From NCBI RefSeq assembly GCF_963921235.1, contig NC_086108.1, positions 104,534,001 through 104,598,000 of the forward strand: DNA of 64,000 bases, read 5' to 3'. The position numbers and the translations under genes are program-made. The first letter of the stretch is position 1; every line of letters starts with the position of its first letter. Source of the DNA: Mobula hypostoma. Lineage: Eukaryota. The notes under the pieces were generated by a model. It was given only the letters and a program-made list of their open reading frames with translations. It did no database searches and was not told the origin of the DNA. Positions 1-14,253 of this stretch are shown piece after piece.

Positions 1-12
1 GGTGTTGCTTAC

Positions 13-190
13 CTGAAATGCAAATTTAACTGTAAGGTCAGAAATTCTGCATAACGAGTTATCAGTGCTACGAACTTCATGTCTGAGGTACAGTCCTGGA
101 CGAGTATGTGGGAACATCCTTCAGGCATTTTATATTTAAAACTGTTCTCACTAAATGGCGTGAACATGTCTTGGACAACCGTGCACTCAG
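13..190 (-). CDS. vtg: Vitellogenin exon (start of vWD/beta' domain): AECTVVQDMFTPFSENSFKYKMPEGCSHILVQDCTSDMKFVAL...
   Basis: Acceptor ttctttttcag|, donor |gtaagc, 178 nt, phase 1 to 2. Contains the MP..C.HILVQDC vWD motif. Confidence 0.92.
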
Positions 191-744
191 CTGAAAAAGA
201 AATAACTTTATTTATTCATTTGAGATACAGAGTGGAATAGGCCCTTCCGGCCCTTTGAGTCACGCCATCCTGCAATCCCCCGACAACCCCCGATTTAATC
301 CTAACCACAGGACTCATACCATCAGGTTCAGGTTGAGGGGTAATAAAAGTTCCTGAACCTGGTGGTGTGAGTCCTATGCCTCCTGTACCTCCTTCTGGAA
401 GGCAGCAGCGAGAAGAGAGCATACCCTGGGTGGTGGGGGTGCCTAACGATAGATGCTGCTTTCCTGTGACAGTGTTTCTTGTAGCGGTGCTCGATAGTGC
501 AGAGGGCTTTACCCGTGATAGACTGGGCTGGAGCCACTGCATTTTGTAGGATTTTCCATTTAAGGACAACCAGCCAATATACTCTCCACCACATACCTAT
601 AGAAATTGGTCAACGTTTTAGACGTCCTGAAGAAAGAAATACAATAGAATCTTGAAAAGCCGTACATAATCAAAGACTGACAAATAATAAAGGTGCCAAA
701 GAAGACAAAATGTGCAAAAAAAATACTGAGAGTATGAGTCTACT

Positions 745-992
745 TATTTATTGACATACATCACGGAGTGGGCTATTTTTCCCCCATTTAATCCTAGCCT
801 AATCACAGGACAATTTATAATGACCAATTAACCTATCAAACAGTATGTCTTTGGACTCTGGGAAGAAACTGGAAGCTGAGAGGAAACCCATGCAGTTACA
901 CGGAGAATGTACAAACTCCTTACAGGCAGCAGCGGGAATTGAACCAGGATCACGTGTACTGTAAAGCGTTGTGCTAACCACTACACTACCAT
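745..992 (-). mobile_element. tRNA-derived SINE (HE1/V-SINE-like)
   Basis: Minus-strand head GGTAGTGTAGTGGTTAGCAC (A box) and GGTTCAATTCCC (B box), with an AAAT tail. The same family recurs at about 41320-41610 and 52177-52450, with partial copies elsewhere. Confidence 0.7.
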
Positions 993-1007
993 GTCATCCC
1001 ATGAGAA

Positions 1008-4000
1008 GGAGAAGCTAAAGTCAGATGTATCAGTATTACAGTGAAGTAAAGGGAATTACAGAGGCATGAGAGAGGAGTTGGGCAGAATTGATTGGAAAAG
1101 AACACTGGCAAGGATAATGGCAGAGCAATAATGGCTGGAATTTCTGGAGGCAATTCGAAGGCACAGGAAATACAGTATACATCCCAAAGAGGAAGGAGTA
1201 TTCTAAAGGGAAGATGAAACATTCATGGCTAACAAGAGAAGTCAAAGCCAACATAAAAGCCAAAGAAGATCATATAATAGAACAAAAATTAGTTGGAAGT
1301 TAGAGGATTGGGAAGCTTTCAAATACCAACAGAAAGCAACATTTCATTAAGAAGGTAAAGATGTAATACAAAAGTGAGCGAGCCAATAATATTAAAGAGG
1401 ATACCAAAAGTTTCTTCAGATACATGAAGAGTAAAAGGGAGACAAGAATGGGTATTGGGCCACTGGAAAATGATGCTGGAGAAGTAGTAATGGGGGACAA
1501 TGAAATGGCAGATGAATTGAATAAGTATTTTGCATTAATCTTCACTATGGAAAACACTAGCATTATTGTGGGAGTTCCAGGTGTCTGAATAGAAGGAAGA
1601 GGGTAGTTGGGAAGATGTTGAAATTGATTGTTAAGGATGTGGTTTCGGGGTATTTGGAGGGTCATAATAAAATGGGATATAGTCAGCATGTTTTCCTCTT
1701 GTCTGATTAATCTGTTGGAGTTCTTTGAAAATATAACAAACAGGATAGATAAGGGAAAATTGGTTGATGTGTATTTTGATTTTCAGGTCTTTGACAAGGT
1801 GCCACACATGAGGCTGCTTAACAAACTACGAGCTTCAACATAAGGAGAACTTTACACATACTAGAACAGGTTATTACGAACGGAACAGAAACAATGGTTG
1901 TGGGACTAGACGCTGAGAAAGCCTTTGATTCAGTTAGTTGGGTGTTCCTACATAGAGTGTTGGGAAGATTCGGCTTTCAAGGAAAGTTTATTAAAGTAAT
2001 CCAGACTTTATTTGACAGCCCTACAGCTTGAATTAAGATAAATGGGGACCTCTCTGACTCTTTTATTTTAGAGAGAGGAACTAGACAGGGACGTCCAATT
2101 TCTCCTCTCCTTTTTGCACTATATATTGAACCTCTTGCCCAACTAATAAGACAAAGCAAAATTGTAAAAGGTATCAAGGTGGCAGGGATTGAACAGAAGG
2201 CGGCGCTGTTCACAGATGATGTTTTAGTCTATTTGAGTGAGCCAGAAAAATCATTTATAGGATTGTTTACACTGTTGGATGAGGTTGGGAAAATATCAGG
2301 TTATAGACTTAATGTAAAGAAAATGCATGTTTTGTCCTTAAATTATACAGCATCCAAAAAACTACAGGATACATATGATAAAAAGTGGGAGGCTAAATCA
2401 TTAAAATATTTAAGAATAACCCTGCCAAAAGATCTTTCACCGTTGTCACTGGTAAATTATGGGCTATTAATCTCAGAGATAAAAGCAGATATACATAGGT
2501 GGAATCTTATCCCCTTTTTAAGTTTAAATTCAAGGAAAGATACCATAAAAATGAATATTTTCCCTCGGTTACTTTACCTTTTCCAGACTTAACCTGTGGA
2601 GGTGGACGATAATCAATTCAGGGAATGAGACAAATGGATTTCCCGCTTTATCTGGCGAGGAAAGAAATCTAGAATCCGATTTAACACCTTACAGTTAGGA
2701 AAAGAAGGAGGAGGTATGACACTTCCTTGTTTGAGAAGTTGTTTTTATGCTTCACAGATAATCCCTCTGTTATATTGGTGCAATAGAGACTATAAGGCTA
2801 GATGGAAGGAAGTAGAATTTGGATTGATTGACAGTTTTTCTCTACAGGCCTCAATAGCGGACAAAGGATTGATGGACCGATTGGAAAAGAATAAAAACAG
2901 CTGGATAAATCTCACATTAAAAGTATGGCAGAAGGTGGCTAATTCATGTGGAATCAATAACATGTTAAAACTTTTCAGATCGTGTGCTCATGGTACCAAA
3001 TTTCTTCCCAGCAGAGGAGATAAAAGATTTGAACTGTGGATAAAGAAAGGTCTTACAACCTACCTCTCATTCACACATAAAAGTGTATTACAAAGTTTTC
3101 ACTCCCTGCAGGACAAACATGGCCTAGAACACAATGACTTTTTTAGGTACCTTCAAGTACGACATCATGTTAACCAGAGTTGTAGATATACAGACTTATC
3201 AACAGTAGAATCAGAATTTTTCAAGATTCTGAATTCGGCTTACAGTTCAATACCAAGTAAATCAATTTCTCCATTATATAATGCCCTCTCTCATGCCAAA
3301 AATGAAAACACATTGTATGTTAAAGAGAAGTGGGAGAAAGAAGTGGGGTTGGTACTTTCAGAGGAGGCTTGGGGGAAAATATGCAGCTTCCAGTGGTCTT
3401 CGAATAACTCTTTGATTTGAAGAGAACATTGTTGGAAAAATATTATAAGATACTTCAAACCCCATACCAGGAAAAATATAAAGACACAAACGTGGCGTGT
3501 TAGAGAAGGTGTGGCTCCAAGGAGGCAAATCATTTCCATATGTTTTGGGATTGCCCTAAATTAGGTTTATATTGGGAAGGTATTCACAGAACATTAGTTA
3601 AGGTATTTAAGACTCAGATGCCTCTGAACTTTGAGACTCTCTACTTGGGGCATGTATTGTCTTTGGAAAAGAAGGAAGATATAAAGCTGCTGCTGGCCCT
3701 TTTAGCGGCAAGAAAGAAATCAATCACCAGAAAGTGGTTAAATCCAACATCACCTACATTAGAAGATTGGCATGAAATCATTTTTTGGAAATTTTTTAAA
3801 ATGGAAAAGGTGACCTACTCTCTGAGAATTCAAAAGGAAAATTTTTTTTATCAAATTTGGAATAAATGGATTGAATTTATAACTCCAGAGCGAGCAGACT
3901 CTAGATGACTCTCCTAATGGTTTATACAGTTTGTCTTACTAACATAGTACTGTAATAGTGTTAATGTAAGCACCCTTGGCTCGAATGTTTACTGTTCTTT

Positions 4001-5465
4001 TTTTTGGAAATGTGGAATTAACACAAGTAAAGAAAATATCTGGGGAAATTTTGGACCAGAAAGAAATGGATCACAAGTGATATTTGGAAATTAGTATTCA
4101 ACCACTATTATTAATATTTTTTATAACAACTATTATCATTATTTAGTTTAATAGAGTGGAATTACAATTGCACATAAACATCTATTTGAGTGCCTAATTA
4201 TTTTCTATATTATCTCAATGTGCACTTGTGAATGTACAAATTAATATAGATTTACTCAAATAAAAAAGTGGAAAAGGTTATATATGTAAAAAAAAAAGTT
4301 TGTGTATTACTTGTGAATACCTTATCCAAACAAAAATAACATTAAAAAAAAGCAAGCTAAGAGCTCATGGCATTACAGGCAAGATTCTAGCATGGATAAA
4401 GCAGTGGCTGATTGCAGGTGGCAAAGAGTGGGAATAAAGGGAGCCTTTTCTGACTGGCTGTTGGTGATTAGTGGTGTTCTACAGACCGATCCATTTTATA
4501 TTACATGTCAGTGATTTAGGTGTTGGAATTGATGGCTTTGTTGCAAAGTTTTCAGATGATATGAAGATAAGTTGAGGGGCAGAGAGGCTGCAGAAGGACT
4601 GAGACAAATAAAGAGAATTGGCAAAGAGGTGGCAGTTGGAATACAATGTCGGGAACTGTATAGTTATGCACTTTGGTAGAAGAAATGAAAAGGTTGACTA
4701 TTTTCTAAATGAAAGGAAAATACAAAAAACTGAGGCAGAAAGGGACTTGGGTGTGCTTGTGTAGGATTCCCTAAAGGTTAATTTGCAGGTTGAGTCCGTG
4801 GTAAGGAAGGCAAATGCAACATTAGCATTCATTTCAAGAGGACAAGAAAATAAAATCAAGGATGTAATGTTGAGACTTTATAAAGCACTGGTGAGGTCTC
4901 ACTTGGAGTATTGTGAACAGTTTTATGCCTCTTATCTTAGAAAGGATGTGGTGAAACTGGAGAGGGTTCAAAGGAGAGGCACGAAAATAATTCCAAGTTT
5001 GAACGGTTTGTCATATGAAGAGTGTTTGATGGCTCTAGGCCTGTAAACTCTGGAATTCAGAAGAATGAGGGGTGACATCATTGAATCCTATCAAATGGTG
5101 AAAAGTATTGATAGAATGGATGTGGAAAGGATGTTTCCTATGGTGGGAGAGTCCAAGAGCAGACAACACACCCTCAGAATAGAGGGGTGTCCTTTCAGAA
5201 CAGTGATGAGGAGGAATTTCTTTAACTAGAGAGTGGTGCAGCTATGGAATTCATTGCCACAGAGAGCTATGGAGGCCAAGTCTCTGTATATTTAAGGCAG
5301 AGTTGGCAGAATCTTGACTGGTCAAGGCATGAGGGGATGTGGGGAGAAGCCAGGAGATTGGGGCTGAAAGGAAAATTGGATCAGCCAGATGAAATGGTGG
5401 GGCAGACTTGATGGGCCAAATGGCCTATTTCTGCTCCTATATTTTACAGTCCTATGGTCTTATGA
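1008..5465 (+). mobile_element. Degenerate CR1 LINE (1008-1834 and 4353-5465) split by an L1 insertion
   Basis: CR1 ORF2 remnants (LLEFFE, FDKVPH.RLL, LYKALVRSHLEYC) and the CR1 3' end GGGCCAAATGGCCTATTTCTGCTCC. Confidence 0.85.
1835..4352 (+). mobile_element. 5'-truncated L1/Tx1 LINE (RT C-terminal half, Zn knuckle, 3'UTR, A tail)
   Basis: Motifs [28 protein letters not shown] and HMFWDCP. Diverged TSD caaactacgagct (1822-1834) / caagctaagagct (4353-4365). Confidence 0.88.
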
Positions 5466-6014
5466 ATTGTAAAAGTCCTTGAAAATGAATCTGTTGGTTG
5501 TAGAATCAGTTCAGAGTTGTAGTCAGTGAAGCTATCCATGTCAGTTCAGGATCCTGATGGTTATAGGGTGATAACTGTTCCTGAAACTGATGGTGTGGGA
5601 CCTAAGGCTTCTGTACCAGCTGCCTGATGGTAGTAGTGAGAAGAGACATGGCCTGGATGGTGGGGGTCCTTAATGATGAGTGCTGCTTTTTTATGGCAGC
5701 ACTCCATGTTAATGTGCTCAGTAGTGGTGATGGCTTTGCCAGTGATGGGCTGAGCTGTGTTCTTTTCTGTTTCTGAAGTTTCTTTACCAGGCCATGATGC
5801 AGAGAGTTAGGACGTTCTCCACCATCCATCTACAGAAGCTTGTCAAAGTTTTTGGCGACATGACAATGCCCTTTAGTTCATAACTGCTTGGATGTGTACA
5901 ACTTAAGGAATTCTCATGAAGCTAAATACACTTCAGAATCAGGTTTATTATCACTGGCATGTGACACGAAATTTGTTAACCTAGCAGCAGCAGTTCAATG
6001 CAATACATAATCTA

Positions 6015-6017
<3 letters not shown>

Positions 6018-6055
<38 letters not shown>
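6018..6055 (+). repeat. (GA)n microsatellite
   Basis: Pure GA run of about 19 units. Confidence 0.95.
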
Positions 6056-6058
<3 letters not shown>

Positions 6059-6638
6059 TTAATAATAAATAAAACATAATAAATAAACAAGTAAATCAAT
6101 TATATATATTGAATAGATTATTAAAAAATGCGTATCAGCAGAAGTATTGGCTTGATTGACACCCTGTTCAACATCTTTAACATTAACTTGTTGGCACACC
6201 ATCGGGCAGCATGCATTGTCTACAGAATACGCTGCAGCTACTCACCTAGGCTATTCTAACAGTACTTCTCTGACTTGTAACCTCAACCACCAAGAAGGTC
6301 AAATCCGTCAGGCACTTGGAAATATCCCCACTGCAGGATCTCCTCCAAATAGCCCATTAAATGGGAGCAACACCATTAAGCACATTTATGAGGAGCACTG
6401 CCAGAAAAAGCAACAACTCCATCCAGGCTATGCTCTCTTCTCACTGCTACCATTGGGCAGGAGGGAGAGAAGCCTTAAGTCCCACACTGCGGGGTTCAAA
6501 AATACTATACTGTAGTTATTACACCACAACCATCAGGTTCCTGAACCAGTGTGGATAACTTCACTCTCCTCAAATCTGAACAGATTCCACAGTCTCTGGA
6601 CTCACTTTCAAGGACTCTACGACTCATGTTCTCAATAC

Positions 6639-7192
6639 TGCCAACAAGAAGGGTCAGAACCGTCTCTATTTCCTGAAGAGACTGAGGTCCTTCAACATCT
6701 GCCGGACGATGCTGAGGATGTTCTACGAGTCTGTGGTGGCCAGTGCTATCATGTTTGCTGTTGTGTGCTGGGGCAGCAGGCTGAGGGTGGCAGACACCAA
6801 CAGAATCAACAAACTCATTCATAAGGCCAGTGATGTTGTGGGGATGGAACTGGACTCTCTCACGGTGATGTCTGAAAAGAGGCTGCTGTCTAAGTTGCAT
6901 GCCATCTTGGACAATGTCTCCCATCCACTACATAATGTACTGGTTGGGCACAGGAGTACATTCCGCCAGAGACTCATTCCACCGAGATGCAACACAGAGC
7001 GTCATAGGAAGTCATTCCTGCCTGTGGCCATCAAACTTTACAACTCCTCCCTTGGAGGGTCAGACACCCTGAGCCAATAGGCTGGTCCTGGACATTTCCT
7101 GGCATAATTTACATATTACTATTTAATTATTTATGGTGCAACTGTAATGAAAACCAATTTCCCCCGGGATCAATAAAGTATGACTATGACTA
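6639..7192 (+). mobile_element. 5'-truncated Rex1/Babar-like non-LTR element with (TATGAC)n tail, nested in an older Rex fragment
   Basis: Peptide MLRMFYESVVASAIMFAVVCWG...RKSFLPVAIKLYN. Near-identical copies lie at 11732-12072 (-) and 44166-44397 (-). Confidence 0.8.
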
Positions 7193-7964
7193 TTGTTTAT
7201 TTGTTTTATTTGCTCATTTTGTCTTCTTTTGTACATTGGTTGCTCATTCATCTTTATGTATAGCTTTTCATAAATAATATTGTATTTCCTTTTTTCCTGT
7301 AAATGCCCGCAAAGAAATAAATCCGAATGCATTATATGGTGACATACCGTATACATACTTAAATAATAAATTTACTTTGACTTTGAAATTGTCACAACCA
7401 GGGGTCATTTTTAAAAGAAAAAGAAGAGATTTGCTTTTAGTTAGTATATGAACTGCATTTTCTTGGTGTCATCTTGTGGGTATGCAGTATTTCTTGGATT
7501 GTATTCCTTTTATGTCTAATTGTTTGTCTTTAGACTGGCTCTGGTTTTTCACTTTGTTTTGCTGATGTCTTATTTATGATCATGAGGATTGTTCAACTCT
7601 CTATCTATTTATCACTTTTATTCAATTTGGGGTAATTTAATTAACATGGTATTTTCAATGTCCTGTATTGTCTTTGGGGATTATTGCTTCGTCTGGACAC
7701 TGGGGCTGTCTGATTGGTCCTGAATTCCTATGTGCTCGAGGGTGTATTTCAGGGGGACTTGCCAACACTTTTTTTGCTCAGTCATTGTGGATCTTTGTCT
7801 GGTGAAATTCAGACCCAAATGCTTCTGTGATTCATGAGTGATTTCAGTTCTTCAAGATTCTGTGTAGTTTTCCTGAGCTCTTGTTAGTTTTGCTGGCTAA
7901 TATCCATACCAAATATTTTGCTTTGTTTGATTTGCCAAAGTCTCTGTGATTCCTCCACTTGAGT

Positions 7965-9925
7965 TCATAGGACATAGTACATAGAAATTTACAGCACATT
8001 ACAGGCCCTTCAGCCCACAATGTTGTGCCGACCAGGTAACCTACTCTAGAGACTGCCGAGAATTACCCTATCGCATAGCCCTCTATTTTTCTAAGCTCCA
8101 TGTACCTATCCAAGAGTCTCTTAAAAGACCCTATTGTATCCACTTCTACCACCATTGCTGGCAGTGCATCCACCTACCCCCCCACTCTCTGCATGAAAAA
8201 CTTACCCCTGACATCCCCTCCGTGACTATTTCCAAGCACCTTAAAACTATACCCCCTCGTGTTAGCCATTTCAACTCTGGGAAAAAGCCTCTGACTATCC
8301 ACACGATCAATGCCTCTCATCATCTTAAACACCTCTATCAGGTCACCTCTCATCCTCCGTCGCTCCTAGGAGAAAAGGTCAAGTACACTCAACCTATTCT
8401 CATAAGGTACACCCTTCAATCCAGGCAACATTATTGTAAATCTCCTCTGCACTCTCTGTGTAGTATCCACAACCTTCCGGGAGTGAGTTGACCAGAACTG
8501 AACACAGTACTTCAGGGGTCTGACCAAGGCCTTATATAGCTGTAGCATTACCTCATGGCTCTTGAACTCAATCCCACAGTTGATGAATGCCAACACACCA
8601 TACGCCTTCTTAACAACAGTGTCAACCTGCGCAGCAGTTTGAGTGTCCCATCGACACAGACCCCAAGATCTCTTTGATCCTCCAAACTGCCAAGAGTCTT
8701 ACCATTTATATTATATTCTGTATTCAAATTGGACCTTCTAAAATGAACCACTTTACACTGATCTGGGTTGAAATCCATCTGCCACTTCTCAGCCCAGTTC
8801 TGCATCTGGCCGTATCAATGTCCCACTGTAACCTCTGACAACCCTCCAGACTATCCACAACACCCCCAACCTTTGTGTCATCAGCAAACTTACTAACCCA
8901 CCTTTTTACTTCTTCATCCAGGTCATTTATAAAAATCACAAAGAGGAGGGGTCCCAGAACAGATCCCTGTGGAACACCACTGGTCACTGACCTCTATGCA
9001 GAATACAAACTATCAACAGCCACACTTTGCCTTCTGTGGGCAAGCCAATTCTGAATCCACAAAGCAAGGTCTTGTTTCCCATGCATCCTTACTTTCTGAA
9101 GGAGCCGTGCATGGGGAACCTTATCAAATGCCTTACCGAAATCCATATACACTACATCCACTGCTCTACCTTCATCAATGTGTTTTGTTACATCCTCAAA
9201 GAATTCAATCAGACTCGTAAGGCATGACCTGCCCTTGAGAAAGCCATGTTGACTATCCCTAATCAGATTATGTCTCTCCAAATGCTCATAAATCCTGCCT
9301 CTCAGGATCTTCGCCAACAACTTGCCCACCACTGAAGTCAGACTCACTGGTCTATAATTTCCTGGGTTATCTCTACTCCTTTCCTTGAACAAGAGAACAA
9401 CATTTGCAACTCTCCAATCCTCCGGTACTTCTCCCATCCCTATTGATGATGCAAAGATCTTCGCAAGAGGCTCAGCAATCTCCTCCCTTGTTTCCCACAG
9501 TAGCCTGGGGTGTATCTCATCCAGTCCCAGTGACTTATCTAACTTAATACTTTCCAAAAGTTCCAGCACATCCTCTTTCTTAATGTCTATATGTTCAAGC
9601 ATTTCAGTCCGCTGTAAGTCATCCCCACGATTGCCAAGGTCTTTTACCCTGGTGAATACTGAAACAAAGTATTCATTAAGTACCTCTGCTACCTCCTCCA
9701 AATCCATGCACACGATTCCCCCATCGCACCTGATTGGTCCTATTCTCACACGGCTCATCCTCTTGTTCTTCACATACTTGAATGCCTTAGGGTTTTCCTT
9801 AATCCTGCTCACCAAGGCCTTCTCATGGCCCCTTCTGGCTCTCCTAATTCCATTCTTAAGCTCCTTCCTAGCAACCTTGTAATTTTCTAGAGCTCTAACG
9901 GTATCTAGTTTATTTAGCCTTTCAT
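7965..9925 (-). mobile_element. CR1 LINE, 5'-truncated, frameshifted ORF2
   Basis: Motifs [36 protein letters not shown] and FADDTK. Confidence 0.9.
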
Positions 9926-10649
9926 AAGTTTGTTAGTAATCCTTACAGAAATGTATTGCTGGACTTTCCTCATTTCTGAGTCTTAATCTTGGGACTCCTG
10001 ATCCAATAGCACCTGTGATGTACCATCACCAGAAGGGCTGAGGAACTTTAACATGGTTCACCATAACCTTCTTGGGAGGAGTTAGGGAAGGCAATATATG
10101 CTGGCCTTGTCCAAAATGCCCAATCACAAAAATAAATAAAGAGCTGTTAACTTTCTCCATGACTATTCTCTGCCCCGAAGGTGTTTCTTTCTTGCTTCTC
10201 TGGTTTCTCACCAATTTTCGTAGATGTACCACGAAACCAACCTTTCTGGATGCATCACAGCTTGGTATGGTAACTGCACTGCCCAAGACCACAAGAAATC
10301 ACAGGGTTCTGAACACAGCCCAGTCCATCATTCAAACCGGCTTCCCTCCACTGACTTTGCCTAAACTTTCCACTGCCACAGAAAAGCAGGCAACATCATC
10401 AAGGATGTCATTCTCCTGCGTCCCTCTTTCCATCAGGCCGAAGAAACAAATCCTTGAAAACACGTACCACCGGGCTCAAGGACAGCTACTATCCTGCCGT
10501 TAGAAATCTCTCAAATAGACCTCTCATTGCAAAAAGCCAGACTCCTGATCTCCCAATGTACCTCGTCAAGGCCCTTGCACTTTTTCTGTCACTGTAACAC
10601 TGTATACTGCATTCTGTTTGTACTTTTGTATGACGTAATCTGACTGGTT

Positions 10650-11190
10650 GTTATAGCCAGGATGGTAATAGAGACAAGCTCCCATTACCTATTACATGCT
10701 CCCAATGGCATGGGCCTCAAATAGCCTCTGACAACCAAGCCCAGCTCCTGGCCTTCATGTGTGGTTCAGCCCGGTGGAACTCTTTCTACTGACAGGAGGA
10801 GGTTGCTGCCAACTTAAAACCAGTTGCTACAGGCAGCTGGGGCTCCTCATCTGTGGTTGGCAGCTCAAGTAGGAGAAGGAAAACTCTGATCTCAAACTTC
10901 TGTTACCTTGTGGCTATGCTCACTCATGGGGAAACCTTTGGGAGTAAACCCCAAGGGAAAAATCCAGAGCTGGAGTCCCTACATTGAGAACAGCGCTGAC
11001 TGGCGACTCCTGCGACAATATTGGGGCCAAACTGTATCAGTCTTTGCCGTTCCTCTGAGTTCATCAGACGTGTGGAGAGGGGGAGCTTGCTCTCCTTAGC
11101 TCACTGCCCTGGCTTGCATATCTGAACAGCTAGAGTACAACATCTGTGGTCTACTCTGACCCATGGAGGCCTCTGATCTGTCTGGGTGGC
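10650..11190 (+). mobile_element. Probable RTE-clade LINE 5' region / internally deleted derivative
   Basis: Non-coding insert. It resembles RTE 5'UTRs as I recall them (AAAACTCTGATCTCAAAC-type motifs); no protein evidence. Confidence 0.35.
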
Positions 11191-11214
11191 AGACAAAAGC
11201 TCTTCACTGAACGG

Positions 11215-12165
11215 AAAAGGTGTATGATGTGTCGGCCTTCATTTGTTGGAGGATTGAATTCAAGAAGAGCCAGGAAGCAATGTTGCAGTTCTATAAAACC
11301 CTGGTTAGATCATACTTGGAATATTGTGATTAGTTCTTGTCATCTCATTATAGGAAGGATGTGGAAGTTTTAGAGAGGGTGCAGAGGAGATTTACCAGGA
11401 TGCTATCTGGACCAAAAGCATGTCTTATGAGGATAGGCTGAGTGAGCTAGGGCTTTTCTCTTTGGAGTGAAGGAGGATGAGAGGTGACTTGATGGAGATG
11501 TACAAGATGATAAAAGGCATAGTGGACAGCCAGAGACTTTTTCCCCAGTTAATATGAAGAGGCATAAATTTATGGTGATTGGAAGAGGTAAATGGGGATG
11601 CACAGAGAGTGGTGGGTGTGTGGAACTCAATGCCAAGTGTGGTGGTAGAGGCAGATACATTAGGAACATTTAAGAAATTATTAGAAAGGCACATGGATGA
11701 AAGAAAAATGGAGGGCTATGTGGAGGGAATAGTCATAGTCATAGTCATACTATATTGATCCCGGGGGAAACTGGTTTTCGTTACAGTTGCACCATAAATA
11801 ATTAAATAGTAATATGTAAATTATGCCAGGAAATAAGTCCAGGACCAGCCTATTGGCTCAGGGTGTCTGACCCTCCAAGGGAGGAGTTGTAAAGTTTGAT
11901 GGCCACAGGCAGGAATGACTTCCTATGACGCTCTGTGTTGCATCTCGGTGGAATGAGTCTCTGGCTGAATGTACTCCTGTGCCCAACCAGTACATTATGT
12001 AGTGGATGGGAGACATTGTCCAAGATGGCATGCAACTTGGACAGCATCCTCTTTTCAGACACCACCGTCAGAGAGGGTTAGATTGATTGCGGAGTAGGTT
12101 AAAAGGTTGGCATAACATTGTGGGTCAAAAGCCTGTACTATGCTGTAATTCATGTTCTATGTATC
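11215..12165 (+). mobile_element. CR1 3' fragment interrupted by a Rex/Babar copy (11732-12072, minus)
   Basis: CR1 ORF2 C-terminus and 3'UTR resume after the insert. The insert carries a (TATGAC)n tail. Confidence 0.75.
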
Positions 12166-12213
12166 TCAAAACATGTGACAATGATAAACCAATCCCACTT
12201 CAGCCTTTTCATA

Positions 12214-12390
12214 AACAAGAGAAAATCAGCAGATGCTGGAAATCTGAGCAACACACACACACAAAATGCTGGAGGAACTCAGCAGGCCAGGCAGCATCTA
12301 CGGAAAAGAGTACAGTTGATGTTTCGGGCCAAAATCCTTCTGAAGTCCTGCCTCGCTTGCTGAGTTCCTCCAGCATTTTGTGTGTGTAGC
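12214..12390. mobile_element. Palindromic Penelope pLTR-derived mini-element
   Basis: Inverted arms with a perfect 14-bp TSD tcagccttttcata (12200-12213 / 12391-12404). Confidence 0.8.
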
Positions 12391-12569
12391 TCAGCCTTTT
12401 CATATCTGCTCCATCCTTCTCAAGACATTGTCATCCTTCCTAAATATAGAAGTCAAAATTATGTATTTCAGTTATCTTATTTATTTATATTTATTGTGCT
12501 TTTTTAAAAAAAATAATTGTGCTTTTTTTTGTGTTTTTTTGTGTTGCATCAGACGTGGAGTGATAACTA

Positions 12570-12720
12570 ACACACACAAAAGTTGCTGGTGAACGCAGCA
12601 GGCCAGGCAGTATCTCTAGGAAGAGGTGCAGTCGACATTTCGGGCCGAGACCCTTCGTTCACCAGCAACTTTTGTGTGTGTTGCTTGAAATTCCAGCATC
12701 TGCAGATTTCCCCGTGTTTC
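12570..12720. mobile_element. Palindromic Penelope pLTR-derived mini-element
   Basis: Inverted arms with TSD cgtggagtgataacta / cgtggagtaataatta (12554-12569 / 12721-12736). Confidence 0.8.
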
Positions 12721-13026
12721 CGTGGAGTAATAATTATTTGGTTCTCCTTGAAAAAGAGTAAACAGCTGATGTTTCAAGCTGAGACCCTGCGTCAGGACCC
12801 AAAATGTTGAATATTTACTCTTTTCCATAGATGCTGCCTGACCTGCTGAGTTCCTCCAGCATTTTGTGTGTGTTGATCTGGATTTCCAGCATCTGCAGAT
12901 TTTATCTTGTTTTGTTCTCCTTTGCACTTGAGTACCGGAAATGACAATAAACAATCTCGGACGCACTTCTCTTGAGCATACTCAGAGAAGGCAAGCCGAA
13001 AATCAGGTGAATCAAAAGGGACGTAC

Positions 13027-13156
13027 CTGTGGAAGTTGCTGAGAACATGACTGGTAAATAAGGAAGAAAGTGAAACCCTTTCGGATGCATTGAGGGGGAT
13101 TTGACGTCAAATGGGAGAGACGCTGGGATGAGGAGGGCTTTTCGGCTGTATACATG
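13027..13156 (-). CDS. vtg: Vitellogenin exon: HVYSRKALLIPASLPFDVKSPSMHPKGFHFLPYLPVMFSATST
   Basis: Acceptor ttcacctgcag|, donor |gtacgt, 130 nt, phase 0 to 1. Confidence 0.85.
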
Positions 13157-13532
13157 CTGCAGGTGAAGAGAAAACACTGTGATTGAGCTGAGTTGGAGAA
13201 AGGAGCTTGAGTATATATTTGCCATGACTTCCTATAGGTTTTCGTATGCCACAGAGCAAGCCATTGGGCCCAATGAATCTATGCTAGCGCTTAGAGCAAT
13301 CCCAGTAACCCCATTCCCCAATCTATTCTCTCATGCCCATCAATTCCCCTAATTCTCTGACTACCCCACCACCACAGGGACAGCATGGTAGCATAGGAGT
13401 TATGACAATGCTTTCACAGTGCCAGTGATTGAGGTTCAATTCCTCCCTGTGACTGAGTGGGCTTCTTCCCAGTGCTCTGGTTCCCTCTCCCATTCCAAAG
13501 ACATACAGGTTAGTAGGTCACATGGCTGTAAT

Positions 13533-14253
13533 ACAAAGAGATCTAGGAGTACTTGTTCATCAGTCTCTGAAGGTGAATGACCAAGTGCAGCAGGCAGTGA
13601 AGAAGGCTAATGGAATGTTGGCCTTTATTACAAAGGGAATTGAGTACAAAAGCAAGGAAATCCTTTTGCATTTGTACAGGGCCCTGGTGAGACCACACCT
13701 GGAGTATTGTGTGCAGTTTTGGTCTCCAGGGTTAAGGAAGGACATCCTGGCTGTGGAGGAGGTGCAGCGTAGGTTCACTAGGTTAATTCTGGGATGTCCA
13801 GACTGTCTTACGCAGAGAGGTTAGAGAGACTGGGCTTGTACATGCTGGAATTAAGGAGATTGAGGAGGGATCTGATTGAGACATATAAGATTATTAAGGG
13901 ATTGGACAAGATAGAGGCAGGAAATATGTTCCAGATGCTGGGAGAGTCCAGTACCAGAGGGCATGGTTTAAGAATAAGGGGTAGGTCATTTAGGACAGAG
14001 TTGAGGAGGAACTTCTTCTCCCAGAGAGTTGTGGAGGTGTGGAACGTGCTGCCTCAGAAGGCAGTGGAGGCCAATTCTCTTGATGCTTTCAAGAAGGAGC
14101 TAGATAGGTATCTTATGGATAGGGGAATCAAGGGTTATGGGGACAAGGCAGGAACCGGGTATTGATAGTAGATGATCAGCCATGATCTCAGAATGGCGGT
14201 GCAGGCTCGAAGGGCCAAATGGTCTACTTCTGCACCTATTGTCTATTGTCTAT
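13533..14253 (+). mobile_element. Young 5'-truncated CR1 with (CTATTGT)n tail, inserted in a SINE
   Basis: Nearly identical to the reverse complement of 34565-35291. TSD tgtaat (13527-13532 / 14254-14259). Confidence 0.9.

Noticed and set aside
7389..7965. Possible LTR starting TGTCACAACC
   Set aside because: No matching CA end or TSD could be identified.
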